This document shows positions 1-9,118 of a stretch of 64,000 nucleotides of DNA, piece by piece. Source of the DNA: an uncultured Candidatus Rokubacteria bacterium (GTDB lineage Bacteria; Methylomirabilota; Methylomirabilia; Rokubacteriales; DASRDR01); NCBI GenBank assembly GCA_963805625.1, contig CAWDVE010000013.1, positions 384,001 to 448,000 of the forward strand, read 5' to 3'. The notes under the pieces were generated by a model. The model made no database searches. It was not told where the DNA came from and saw only the letters and a program-made list of their open reading frames with translations. Numbering within the stretch: the stretch's first letter is position 1; each line of letters opens with the position of its first letter. Made by a program: the position numbers and the translations under genes.

Positions 1-672
1 CCGGCGATCCCACGCTTTACGCGATGGACGACCGGGCCCGGGGCTTCGGTGCTCCACCCCTTCCCCTAACGGCCCGGTCCCCGAAGGAGCGGAGGCCGCC
101 AACGCTACTCCCGAGTCACGGCACCGAGACCTCCCGCTCTTGAGGATCGCTCGAATGCGCGCACCGTCGGAGCCGTCGCGCGCCGCGCGAGAAGAAGTCG
201 GCAGGACGCTCGGGCGCCTGCTGCTTCGCGACCACGATCCGCAGGGCGCCCCGGAGAACACTAGACCGGGCTGAGAAGCCATCCCGAACACACGTCACCG
301 TGTTCACGAGCGGCCATCACACCCTTTGCGCGTCGTCGTGCGGTTCCTGGATCCCCTTTCCGGCGCTGAACGCCGGCCCCTCCGGAGTCCCCGGCCACGC
401 GCCCATGCTGCGCAACGAGCCATCTCGGCCACGTGACGACGAACCCCAGACGTTGCAAGCCCTCCATTTGAGCTACGCGCCGAAGCGAGATTCGGGCCAA
501 CGACCCTGGCAGCTCCAGTGCGCCGGTTCGGGCTGGTGCGCCGGGCACTTTGATGCCATGTCCCCGTGTGATGCCGGCAGCACGCCTCTCGCTTGGGTGC
601 CCAGAAACAGGGCATGCGCTCTCTAAACCGGTGCCGGTATCCGTCCGAACCGTAGAAGAATCACTACGTTCC

Positions 673-721
673 AGGACACTGCACACTAGACTGTGCACCC
701 TGCACTGTGGACTGTGCAGGC
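673..721 (+). repeat. heptamer tandem array (TGCACAC TAGACTG TGCACCC TGCACTG TGGACTG TGCAGGC)
   Basis: 7-nt periodic units read directly; 680-714 is the reverse complement of 2854-2888 with one mismatch. Confidence 0.85.
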
Positions 722-1061
722 TGGCGCGCGCTACGAGTGGTTTCCACTAAAGGCAGCTGGAAGAACTCGGTGGCGCAGTCCCGGACGCCACGTCGCCACC
801 ACCATCGCCGATGTGGATCCAGGGATCCATGGATCCATGGCACGACCCACGAGCGCCCGATCGACCGCTTCGCTCAAGCGCGGGCGGCGCTGCACCAGGC
901 CCTACGAACGTGGGCCCATGATCCTCACGCGCAACCAGAGCTTCGGCAGCTGAGGGGAGATCTCAGGCGACCGTGTCATCACCACCTCCCGTCCTGGACC
1001 GCATCCTCCATCAAACCGGCACGCATCGGCCCCCCTGAGGTGACGCGCGCGCGCCTTGAAT

Positions 1062-1185
1062 TGCACAGTGGAGTGTGCAGGGTGCACTGTGGGCTGTGCA
1101 GTCGCCGTAAGTGCCTGGAATCTCAATCTCTCGTGCCCAGAAACCTGTGCGGGTAGCCTTCGCCTGCACACTGGGCTGTGCAGCC
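1062..1185 (+). repeat. second and third heptamer arrays (1062-1103, 1165-1185)
   Basis: TGCACAG TGGAGTG TGCAGGG TGCACTG TGGGCTG TGCAGTC; TGCACAC TGGGCTG TGCAGCC. Confidence 0.75.
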
Positions 1186-1320
1186 TCAGTCCCGGTGGCG
1201 CCCCACATGCGAGAGATGTAAGCGTGGATGCCAGCAGCGTTTACCTTCGGCCCGCAGTCCGAGGCACAGTTCGTGCACGTAGGATGCGGCGCTCGTCCGG
1301 ACAGTCGGACAGGAGGACTG

Positions 1321-2169
1321 ATGCGAGGCTCAGCCCGACGCGCCCAGATCAGGAAGCGGCGTGGGCTCGCGCCGCCTATCCCGATCGGGGTCGCCGCCAA
1401 CGTTGCGACGGTGACCGCCCCGGAGAATCCTCTCCGAACGGGGATGCCCGCGCTCGATGCCATTCATTCTCGACTGACGATCGCCTCCCCGCAGAGCCCG
1501 GGCCGGACCTACGCTATCCTGCGCACCACGGAGATCGATTCGTATGAACTCGAGGCCGCGATGGCGGCCGGGGTGCCGGCGCCTGGTCTCCTGGCACCGG
1601 TGCCCGTGGGCGACAGCTTCAAGGGGACCTCGCGGAAGACCGCGAAGCTGTCGATCGCGACCGCGTCGGCGGAGTCGTTCAAGGATCTCAAGAACCTCAT
1701 CGCCTCCCTCCCGGCCGACAGCACCATGGTGGCGCTGCACCCCCCAATCACAACTTCATCTACATCGAATCGGGTCAGCAAGGAGAAGCGGAACGTCCGG
1801 GTACGGGCGTTCCTCTACGCCGCGAGCCGCGAGAATGACAACGACTTCCACCTGATCGTTGGGCGAGACCCGGCGACGTCGCCAGAGATGTACATGACGG
1901 TAGAGTTGTCGGGACTACCATCGAAGACGGCAAAGTCTCACGCGAAACTGAAGGCCGCTCGTGACGCGTACAAGGCCTTCTTCGGAACCAGTCTCCCGGG
2001 CATGACCTACGACTTCTATGATCCACCGATACCGGTCCAGATCGAAGGCTCCCTCCTCTTCGACATCAATCACGCCGTCGGCCAGCGTCCGGGCCCGCAG
2101 AGCTTGAAGAGTCGGATCCCGACGATCTGGGAAGTGCACCCAATCACCGGCATCGCGTTCGAGCCATGA
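1321..2169 (+). CDS. hypothetical protein with C-terminal DNDFH...WEVHP domain
   Basis: Long ORF; AGGAGGA RBS before ATG 1321 (ORF track starts at 1228); GC3-biased codons. Confidence 0.75.
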   Translation: MRGSARRAQIRKRRGLAPPIPIGVAANVATVTAPENPLRTGMPALDAIHSRLTIASPQSPGRTYAILRTTEIDSYELEAAMAAGVPAPGLLAPVPVGDSFKGTSRKTAKLSIATASAESFKDLKNLIASLPADSTMVALHPPITTSSTSNRVSKEKRNVRVRAFLYAASRENDNDFHLIVGRDPATSPEMYMTVELSGLPSKTAKSHAKLKAARDAYKAFFGTSLPGMTYDFYDPPIPVQIEGSLLFDINHAVGQRPGPQSLKSRIPTIWEVHPITGIAFEP

Positions 2170-2178
2170 GGGAGGACG

Positions 2179-2439
2179 GTGTCTCGTAAGCGGACGCGAC
2201 GCTCGACCTCGCCTCGGCGGAAGCGGACGACGCGGACCATGACGCCCCGCCGGGGAATGCCCACCCCCGACTCGGTCCAGGCCGTGGTGCCCTTCACCTC
2301 GCCGACAGGACGGACGTACCGGATCCTCAAGACCACAGAACGCGACGCCTACGACGAGCTTCGAAAGCCGAAAAAGACGAGGCAGCCTGGCGGGCGTCGC
2401 AGCCTCCAGCCCCCCGAAGAGCCTCGGTCAATGGCGTAA
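2179..2439 (+). CDS. small basic protein sharing a ~38-aa motif with the upstream protein
   Basis: GAGGGAGG RBS; GMP..D...SP.GRTY.IL.TTE.D.Y motif is also in 1321..2169. Confidence 0.75.
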   Translation: MSRKRTRRSTSPRRKRTTRTMTPRRGMPTPDSVQAVVPFTSPTGRTYRILKTTERDAYDELRKPKKTRQPGGRRSLQPPEEPRSMA

Positions 2440-2832
2440 TCGACCGGGGGCCGCATCTGACGCGAGGTGCAAGATCGTCGCAGGTGCGAGGCTCAACGCC
2501 CAACTGGGATGAGCCCGCTGGTCGCGGATGAGCCTTACGCGCCGTCGCTCTCCGTCCGTCCGATGATCCGCTTGATTCTGAATGGTGGCAGCACCGTCTC
2601 GTCAGGCGGTCGTTCCGCGCTAGCGCGATGCCGGTCCGGCGGATCGCAAGTCTCGGCAGCCATCGGCCGGTCCAGACTCACTCGCGGCCCGCAGCTGCGC
2701 TTGGGGTTACGCCGGCCGTCCGGCCGACGCGCGCAGAGCGACCGTCCTGGGCGGTTGGTCCGGTCGAGGGCGAGACGTAACGGGCAGAACCTGGGGGGAC
2801 GCCCGTGGCCTAACTGCGTCTCCCGGCGCGCC

Positions 2833-2888
2833 AGGTGCCCAGTCCACAGTGCCCAGTCCACAGTGCAAGGTGCACAGTCTAGTGTGCA
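2833..2888 (-). repeat. heptamer tandem array, inverted relative to 673-721
   Basis: Minus strand reads TGCACAC TAGACTG TGCACCT TGCACTG TGGACTG GGCACTG TGGACTG GGCACCT. Confidence 0.85.
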
Positions 2889-3534
2889 GCGCTCGCGAAC
2901 CCAGCGATTCTCCGAGAGTTTGTAACCCCGTCAGGTGCCCGGGGGAAGATCGCTGCCCTGTGTACTGTGCACCCCCGCCTGAGCCGTCTACGCCATCGTG
3001 AGACCGCAAGACCCCCCGAAGTATCCGACACAGCAGCTAGAACTGGCCCGCGCGACACGCCAGGTGTCATTGGCATGCATCTCGCTTCACGTAACTACGA
3101 CGAGAGTCACTTCGCTCAGAGGATTCTAGTGTGAGACAGCATCAGCGCCGCGGACGTGGTCCATGCAGCGAGCCAACTCGGCGACGATGAAGCCGCCGAT
3201 TGCTGGCACGGCCGCCGCCGCGCAGCGGCGACGAGACGGGCGGATTACGCGAATGCGGTCGGTCGCATCGCTTGACCACGGCCGAGGTCCCGAACTAGGC
3301 TGGCGCTGGAGTCGAAGTCCGTGGGACGTATCAGTCGCGTGCCTCCTAACCAGCGTTGTGTCGGCGGGATTCGCCAAACTGGCCAAGTGTCCGAGCCCTA
3401 CCCGGAACCGCGGGCGGCGCGCGACCTGCCACGGACACCCCGGTTGAGACGCGCGCCGAAGCCATCCTCGAGGACATTCAGATCGCTCGGCATGCCGAGG
3501 GCTCGCGGCGGTCACATCACCTAAGGAGGTCACA

Positions 3535-3795
3535 ATGGACGAGGTCTTCCCCGTTCTCGCCGGCATCGCCCTTGGGCTCGGAACCTACGCGGTGCGGCCG
3601 ACATGGCTGAAAGCGATCCTGGTCGGGATACTCGGAGTGGGTTTCGGCGCCGCGGCGAGCTGGATCAGCGGTGAACTGGCCGTGAGTCGCCTCTATCTCC
3701 TCGTGGACATGGCGCAGGTCCTGGTGGCGGCCCTCCTGTCGGGAGCCCTCGCGCGGAGGTGGATGCGCCGTCGCGCGCGATCACTGGCACGCTAG
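3535..3795 (+). CDS. small membrane protein (about 3 TM)
   Basis: TAAGGAGG RBS; hydrophobic segments; basic tail. Confidence 0.8.
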   Translation: MDEVFPVLAGIALGLGTYAVRPTWLKAILVGILGVGFGAAASWISGELAVSRLYLLVDMAQVLVAALLSGALARRWMRRRARSLAR

Positions 3796-4093
3796 TCGAC
3801 CATCCACGTACGCCCGCCCGGTCGACGCGTCGGCGCCCGCCCTTCCGGGGGCGTCGAGGCCGACTGTCAGCAGTGCATGGATGGCGTTCCGTCGTAACAG
3901 CTTTGCGCTGTCGGGAGAGGGGAGAGGAGCCTTCTCCGCCGACTGACCGACTCGTCACCGTGGCTCAGGGATGATGTATGGGAGGCGTCCTGACGCGATG
4001 AAGAGAACGTTGATCCTTCCGACGATGAACGCCTTCCTGGGCGACCTTCGACCCGGCAGACGCAGCCCAGGCCACTGACCACAGGAGGAGCAC

Positions 4094-4453
4094 GTGATGG
4101 CACAGGAGACAGCACGCGAGCCTGACGGAAGGGACGCGGCGAAAACGCGCGACGTGGGTCGACCCGTCCGCGCGACCGCGAGAGCGGCGAAGGCACGCGC
4201 CGCCGCACGCCCCGACCTGGACGCTCGCAACGAGCGCATGGTCGGTCCACGAAAGCCGATGGGCCCGCCTCTCGCAGAGCCACCAGCAGGCCTTGCGCGC
4301 CGCCGTGCGGCCGCCGGGCCACGCGCCGCGGGCGCCAGACCCACGGACCCGGCCAGCCCCGCGGCCCCGAGGAGCGCGTCCCGCCGGACGCGGGCGTCAG
4401 CCAGGACTCGGGCAAGGAGAGCTACCGCCGCGAGGAAGAAGAGGAAGAGCTAA
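4094..4453 (+). CDS. Ala/Arg-rich hypothetical protein coupled to the next gene
   Basis: AGGAGGAG RBS; TAATG stop/start overlap. Confidence 0.6.
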   Translation: MMAQETAREPDGRDAAKTRDVGRPVRATARAAKARAAARPDLDARNERMVGPRKPMGPPLAEPPAGLARRRAAAGPRAAGARPTDPASPAAPRSASRRTRASARTRARRATAARKKRKS

Positions 4454-5697
4454 TGGCCGCCAATGATCTGCGCGTGTTTCGCAACGTCGGACTGCCGGAT
4501 GCGTCAACGAGCCAGGCCACGTCGACGGTCGGAGAGCCTGCCGTCGCCGTTTCAGGGCTGCAGGCGTACATGACCGGAAACTGGTATGCGAGCCGGTCCG
4601 TGGACGGCGGCGTGACATGGACCCACGTCGACCCCTTCACGAGTCTCCCCTCGGCGGCCGGCGGTTTCTGTTGCGACCAGCTCACCCTTCACGATCGGCG
4701 CCGCGAGCTGTGGATTTGGATTCTCCAGTACATCCCCACCAACAACACCAACGTCTTTCGCCTTGCGGCGACGCGCAACCCCTCGTTCCCCGCTGCGGGC
4801 TGGTATTGGTGGGACATCGCTCCCGCCACGCTCAATGGTCAGTGGGCAAACCTCCAGTTCGACTACCCCGACGCGGCACTGACCAATGACCATCTGTGGG
4901 TCACGTTCAACCTCTTCGATGCCAACGGCCAGTGGCAGCGCGCAGCGGTCATGAAGTTCCCGCTCGCCACTATCGCCAGCGCGGGCATTCTCGGGTTCAG
5001 CTGGTGGTCATCCACCCAGCACGGCTCGCTGCGGCTCACGCAAGGCGCGGGCCAGTCGATGTACTTCGGCAGCCACACATCGACCGCTCAGCTGCGGCTC
5101 TTCAAGTGGGACGACGCGAACAACACGATCAACTGGTGGGACGTGACCGTCGGGCAGTGGACCGCCGGCAACTTCGCCTCGATTGCGCCGAATGGCGTCA
5201 ACTGGCTCGGCCGCGTCGACCCTCGCATCACGGGTGCCTGGGTCGCGCAGAACCGCGTGGGGTTCATGTGGACCGGCGGCACGCAGGCGAACCGACCCAA
5301 CCCTTACATTCGCGTCGTCAGAATCAACGAGACCACCAAACAGGTCGCCGACGAGCCGGATATCTTCAGCAACCTGAACGCGTGGGCGTATCCGTCCGCG
5401 AGCCCGAACGAGCGGGGCGAGCTCGGACTCTCGGCTTTCTACGGCGGGCCCACCCGGCATCCCAGTCCGGTCATCGGGGTCCGGGACGACCCGGCGAACG
5501 CCTGGAAGACGCAGTTCAGCGTGGGAGCCACCAACTCGCCGACCACGGCGGCCTGGGGAGACTACCTGAGGTGCCACGCACACGCCCCCTACGGCCACAC
5601 CTGGATCGCCAGCGGCTACAGCCTCCAGGGGGGCTCCAATCGACGGAATGTCGAGCCGCGATACGCGCACTTTGGGTTCGAGAAGGACACGCCGTAG
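4453..5697 (+). CDS. hypothetical beta-propeller-like protein (BNR-like SVDGGVTW, FDYP, WGDY motifs)
   Basis: 414-aa ORF, Trp-rich, Asp-box motif. Confidence 0.85.
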   Translation: MAANDLRVFRNVGLPDASTSQATSTVGEPAVAVSGLQAYMTGNWYASRSVDGGVTWTHVDPFTSLPSAAGGFCCDQLTLHDRRRELWIWILQYIPTNNTNVFRLAATRNPSFPAAGWYWWDIAPATLNGQWANLQFDYPDAALTNDHLWVTFNLFDANGQWQRAAVMKFPLATIASAGILGFSWWSSTQHGSLRLTQGAGQSMYFGSHTSTAQLRLFKWDDANNTINWWDVTVGQWTAGNFASIAPNGVNWLGRVDPRITGAWVAQNRVGFMWTGGTQANRPNPYIRVVRINETTKQVADEPDIFSNLNAWAYPSASPNERGELGLSAFYGGPTRHPSPVIGVRDDPANAWKTQFSVGATNSPTTAAWGDYLRCHAHAPYGHTWIASGYSLQGGSNRRNVEPRYAHFGFEKDTP

Positions 5698-5744
5698 GCG
5701 TCCGAGGTGGTGCACACGTGACTGCCGGCAGTGGTCGAAGCTCC

Positions 5745-5935
5745 GTGTGCACCGCCCGCGAACGGCCGAACTCCAGCCGCCGCGTCTTCCCCGGGCGCCG
5801 CTCCAGGCGGAGCTGCGCCAACCGCACGCCCAGTGCGGCCAGCACACCGCTCGCGCCTCGGCGCGGTGCTCGAACCCACGATGACGTCGTCCGCGTACCG
5901 CACAACGACCACCTGCTGGACCCAGAGTTCAAAAG
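5745..5935 (-). pseudogene. ltrA: group II intron reverse transcriptase/maturase fragment
   Basis: FELWVQQ..VVVRYADDVIVG then, frameshifted, LAQLRLE..PGKTRRLEFGR; YADD at 5886-5897. Confidence 0.8.
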
Positions 5936-6021
5936 GAGTCAGCCATGATTGACCGAGCCGTGCGAGGACCCGCGATCCACTGGATGTATTGCGCAGCATC
6001 GATCGCACTGGTGGCACGCTG

Positions 6022-7629
6022 ATGGCCTTTTCACAAGAGCGGCAACCAGCACAGTCTTTGCGAGGCGCGGCGTCGATCGGAGCGGCGACTTTCAAATCGC
6101 TGGCGGTCGACCTGAAGACCTTGAGGCGATTGCCGGCGTGGAGGCAAGGCGACCGGCCCCAGGAAGTCAACCCCCGGCAGCATCACGATCGGGAAGCTCG
6201 TGTGGTTGAGATGCTCAGGAGGCGAGTACTCGATCCGACTCCCAGAATTGATCCCCTCCTCGGGTTTCAAAGAAGAGCCCTCGAAAACCGTCTTGCCTTC
6301 TCGACGGTGAAGGAACTCACGCCTGGCCCGGTCAACATCGAAGGACAGGGGTTTACCGGAGTCAATCCGCCAGATGTTACGGGGGATGTCAGCAAGGATC
6401 ACTATATTCAGGCAATAAACAGTGCGGATGGCACCTCATACACACTCTACAGGAAGGCCGATGGGTCGGTTGAGGCCGGACCCTTCCTGTTGAGCGACTT
6501 GGGTGGCCAGGATGTGACTGGCCTGGGCGACCCGATCGTCCTCTATGATCACTTGGCAGATCGGTGGCTTCTCAGCGAATTTACCAAGACGCCAGTCAAT
6601 GCGGTCCACGTCTATATCTCGAAGACGCCCGATCCTGTCGTTGGCGGCTGGCATCACTATCGCTTCGACACTCCCACGTTCCCCGACTATCCGAAGTTTG
6701 GCGTGTGGCCCGACGCCTATTACATGACATCCAACGAGAGCGATGGACCGGCAGTCTACGCTCTCGATCGGGCGAAGATGCTCGCAGGCACGGCTCAACC
6801 AACCCTGCAGCGATTCGTAGCCGACCAATTGCACGGTTTCGGTTTCCAGGCACTCACGCCCGTTGACCTGGATGGCTCAACGCCACCCCCGCCAGGGTCT
6901 CCCTTCTATGTGATGCGCCACCGAGATGACGAAGTGCACAATGTGAATGCCAACGTCGTTGGCCAAGACTTCCTGGAAATGTTCGAATTGCGGATCGACT
7001 GGGCCAATCCAGCCAATTCGAGCATGGTGGGCCCGAACAGCCTCTCCATTGCGGAATTCGACTCCGATCTGAACGGATTGACCTCCTTCAGCTGCTTTCC
7101 GCAGATGGGATCGAGTATCCGCCTGGACCCTCTCCGGGAGGTCATCATGAATCGACTGCCGTATCGAAACTTCGGGACTCATGAAACCATCGTGGGCTCC
7201 TTCGTGACTGATGTTGATGGTCAAGACCACGGCGGAGTGCGTTGGTTCGAGCTTCGAAAGACCCCGGGTGGAAACTGGGTCGTGCACCAGGAAGGAACGT
7301 ATGCCCCTGATGGGCATAGTCGCTGGATGTCCAGCATCGCAATGGACGGAAGCGGCAACATCGCGATCGCGTACAATGTCACCAGCGCCACGATGTTTCC
7401 GAGCTTGAGATATGCAGGGAGATTGGCTTCGGATCCGATGAGCACCATGCCTCGCGGAGAGCTGACGTTGATCGCTGGCACGGCCCCCAACGCCAGCTTT
7501 CGCTATGGCGACTATTCCACGCTGAGTGTCGACCCCACGGATGATCATCTGTTCTGGTTTACCGGAGAGTACAATCCAGCAAGTACGTGGTCCACGCGCA
7601 TTGGCACGTTCCGATTTGCTGAACAGTAG
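6022..7629 (+). CDS. hypothetical beta-rich protein (PDYPK, YGDY motifs); probable original start at 5945 with a frameshifted signal peptide
   Basis: ORF 5989..7629; AAGGAG RBS and ATG at 5945 in a different frame. Confidence 0.85.
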   Translation: MAFSQERQPAQSLRGAASIGAATFKSLAVDLKTLRRLPAWRQGDRPQEVNPRQHHDREARVVEMLRRRVLDPTPRIDPLLGFQRRALENRLAFSTVKELTPGPVNIEGQGFTGVNPPDVTGDVSKDHYIQAINSADGTSYTLYRKADGSVEAGPFLLSDLGGQDVTGLGDPIVLYDHLADRWLLSEFTKTPVNAVHVYISKTPDPVVGGWHHYRFDTPTFPDYPKFGVWPDAYYMTSNESDGPAVYALDRAKMLAGTAQPTLQRFVADQLHGFGFQALTPVDLDGSTPPPPGSPFYVMRHRDDEVHNVNANVVGQDFLEMFELRIDWANPANSSMVGPNSLSIAEFDSDLNGLTSFSCFPQMGSSIRLDPLREVIMNRLPYRNFGTHETIVGSFVTDVDGQDHGGVRWFELRKTPGGNWVVHQEGTYAPDGHSRWMSSIAMDGSGNIAIAYNVTSATMFPSLRYAGRLASDPMSTMPRGELTLIAGTAPNASFRYGDYSTLSVDPTDDHLFWFTGEYNPASTWSTRIGTFRFAEQ

Positions 7630-7807
7630 CGCGTCGTGCTGCGCCTGAATACGAGAGATGTCGACCTCGGGTCAACGGCAGCGGGCTTGCGGGGGTGCCA
7701 ATGCCAGGGCGCCCGCTGCCACCCACCGGACGGGCAGTTCCCGTGAAGGCGGTTCTGACGGCTGATTCAACGCTGGGTACGAATCGAAGAGACAGTAGAG
7801 GCACATC

Positions 7808-8431
7808 TTGTCACTGACCTATTGGGGAGCATATGGGGGGGTCACGTTCATAGCTCTCCTGGGTCTCGCGGCCGATGCGAGCGGGCAGGGTGAGCGCCGG
7901 CAGCAGTCTCGTCAAGTGGTTCAAGACCATCTGAATTCCCTTGGCAGCGTCAGAATGGGCAAGCGGCTCACACTCGAAGACCTTCAAAACGAAGATCTTC
8001 GCAAGATATTCGATCGATGTGACTTCTTCCTGCTGCGCTATCCACGGTACCCGGTCGAGGTCGTTCCCGTGACGCCACTTCGGGTGAACAATCTGTTCAT
8101 CGTCTGCGATGGACACGTCACCCGAGTGTCGGATGAACCCGAGCTGAGAGATTTCTTTCTGCAGCGGTTTCCGGTCGCGGCGGATGACACAATGATGGCC
8201 GACGGAGCTCGCTCCTGGCTGTTTCTCGCACAAGAGTTACAGCAGGACGGATTCCTTTCATTCGGGAGTCCTTCCATCAGGACGACCGGCTCCGTGTCTG
8301 AAGGATTCGTGGATGTCACGAAGGACAGTGGTGAGGGCAGACTGAGTGTTACCATGGAGTTTACCGGGGGCAAGCTCTCGAACGTGAGTTCAGGAGGGCA
8401 GGCAGTTCCTGGAGCTCGAAGACTGAAATAG
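7808..8431 (+). CDS. secreted hypothetical protein
   Basis: N-terminal hydrophobic stretch ending in A-S-G; 207-aa ORF. Confidence 0.65.
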   Translation: MSLTYWGAYGGVTFIALLGLAADASGQGERRQQSRQVVQDHLNSLGSVRMGKRLTLEDLQNEDLRKIFDRCDFFLLRYPRYPVEVVPVTPLRVNNLFIVCDGHVTRVSDEPELRDFFLQRFPVAADDTMMADGARSWLFLAQELQQDGFLSFGSPSIRTTGSVSEGFVDVTKDSGEGRLSVTMEFTGGKLSNVSSGGQAVPGARRLK

Positions 8432-8794
8432 GAACGTGGAAGCGTCGCGTAACCAGGAGGACAGGCATGTGACTGCTGCGCCTTCTGTCAGCTCGATCCG
8501 TCCCGTCAACGTCGACGTTCGGCCGGCCTGGTCGATGACGGCCGGCATGATCACCCTGGCCCCAGCGCGCCCTGGTGCTCGACCCCCAGCGCACCGCGCC
8601 GCGTCCACGCCTGCGGACCTCCGATCGGCTGCCTCGGGTCCGGCTGTCGCGTCTGTGGAGCGGTTGGACGGATGCCGCTCCGTGGTCCCCCCTCCGCCGT
8701 GATCCGGATGGCAGCGGTCCGGCTTCAAGCTTCGTGAGTCCCCCGAGCGAAAGGGCGACTCGAGAGCGAGCCAGGTCTCGAAAAGGAGGAGAAC

Positions 8795-9112
8795 GTGATG
8801 GCCGACGAGGATGTGCACCGTGTCGAGCTCCGAGCCCACACCGTCGAGGAGCTTCGCTCCTTCCTCGACGGGGCAGGTCTGGATCTCGGCTGTCGTCCGG
8901 TGGTGCGCCGAGAATCCGGCGGTTTGGTCGCCGAGGTGTACGCGACCATGCCTCAAATCGAGCGGCTGCGAACCGCGAGGAGCGCTTCGCGGGTAACCGT
9001 GAGCGTCATCGAGAACGCGACGCAGACCGGCCGGGCGCGGCAGGGTGAAGTCGGTTCGGGGAACCGCTTTGCCGGACGGCGGGCGCCGCGCGGCCTGGGG
9101 ATCAAGGAGTAG
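8795..9112 (+). CDS. small hypothetical protein, possible separately encoded peptidase pro-domain
   Basis: AGGAGGAG RBS; ends 6 nt before the M14 peptidase. Confidence 0.8.
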   Translation: MMADEDVHRVELRAHTVEELRSFLDGAGLDLGCRPVVRRESGGLVAEVYATMPQIERLRTARSASRVTVSVIENATQTGRARQGEVGSGNRFAGRRAPRGLGIKE

Positions 9113-9118
9113 CATCAC

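Noticed and set aside
815-840. GGATCCA(G/T) triple 8-mer
   Set aside because: Short, single occurrence; likely local slippage.
673-2974. CRISPR array
   Set aside because: Units are contiguous 7-mers without unique spacers, and no cas genes are present.
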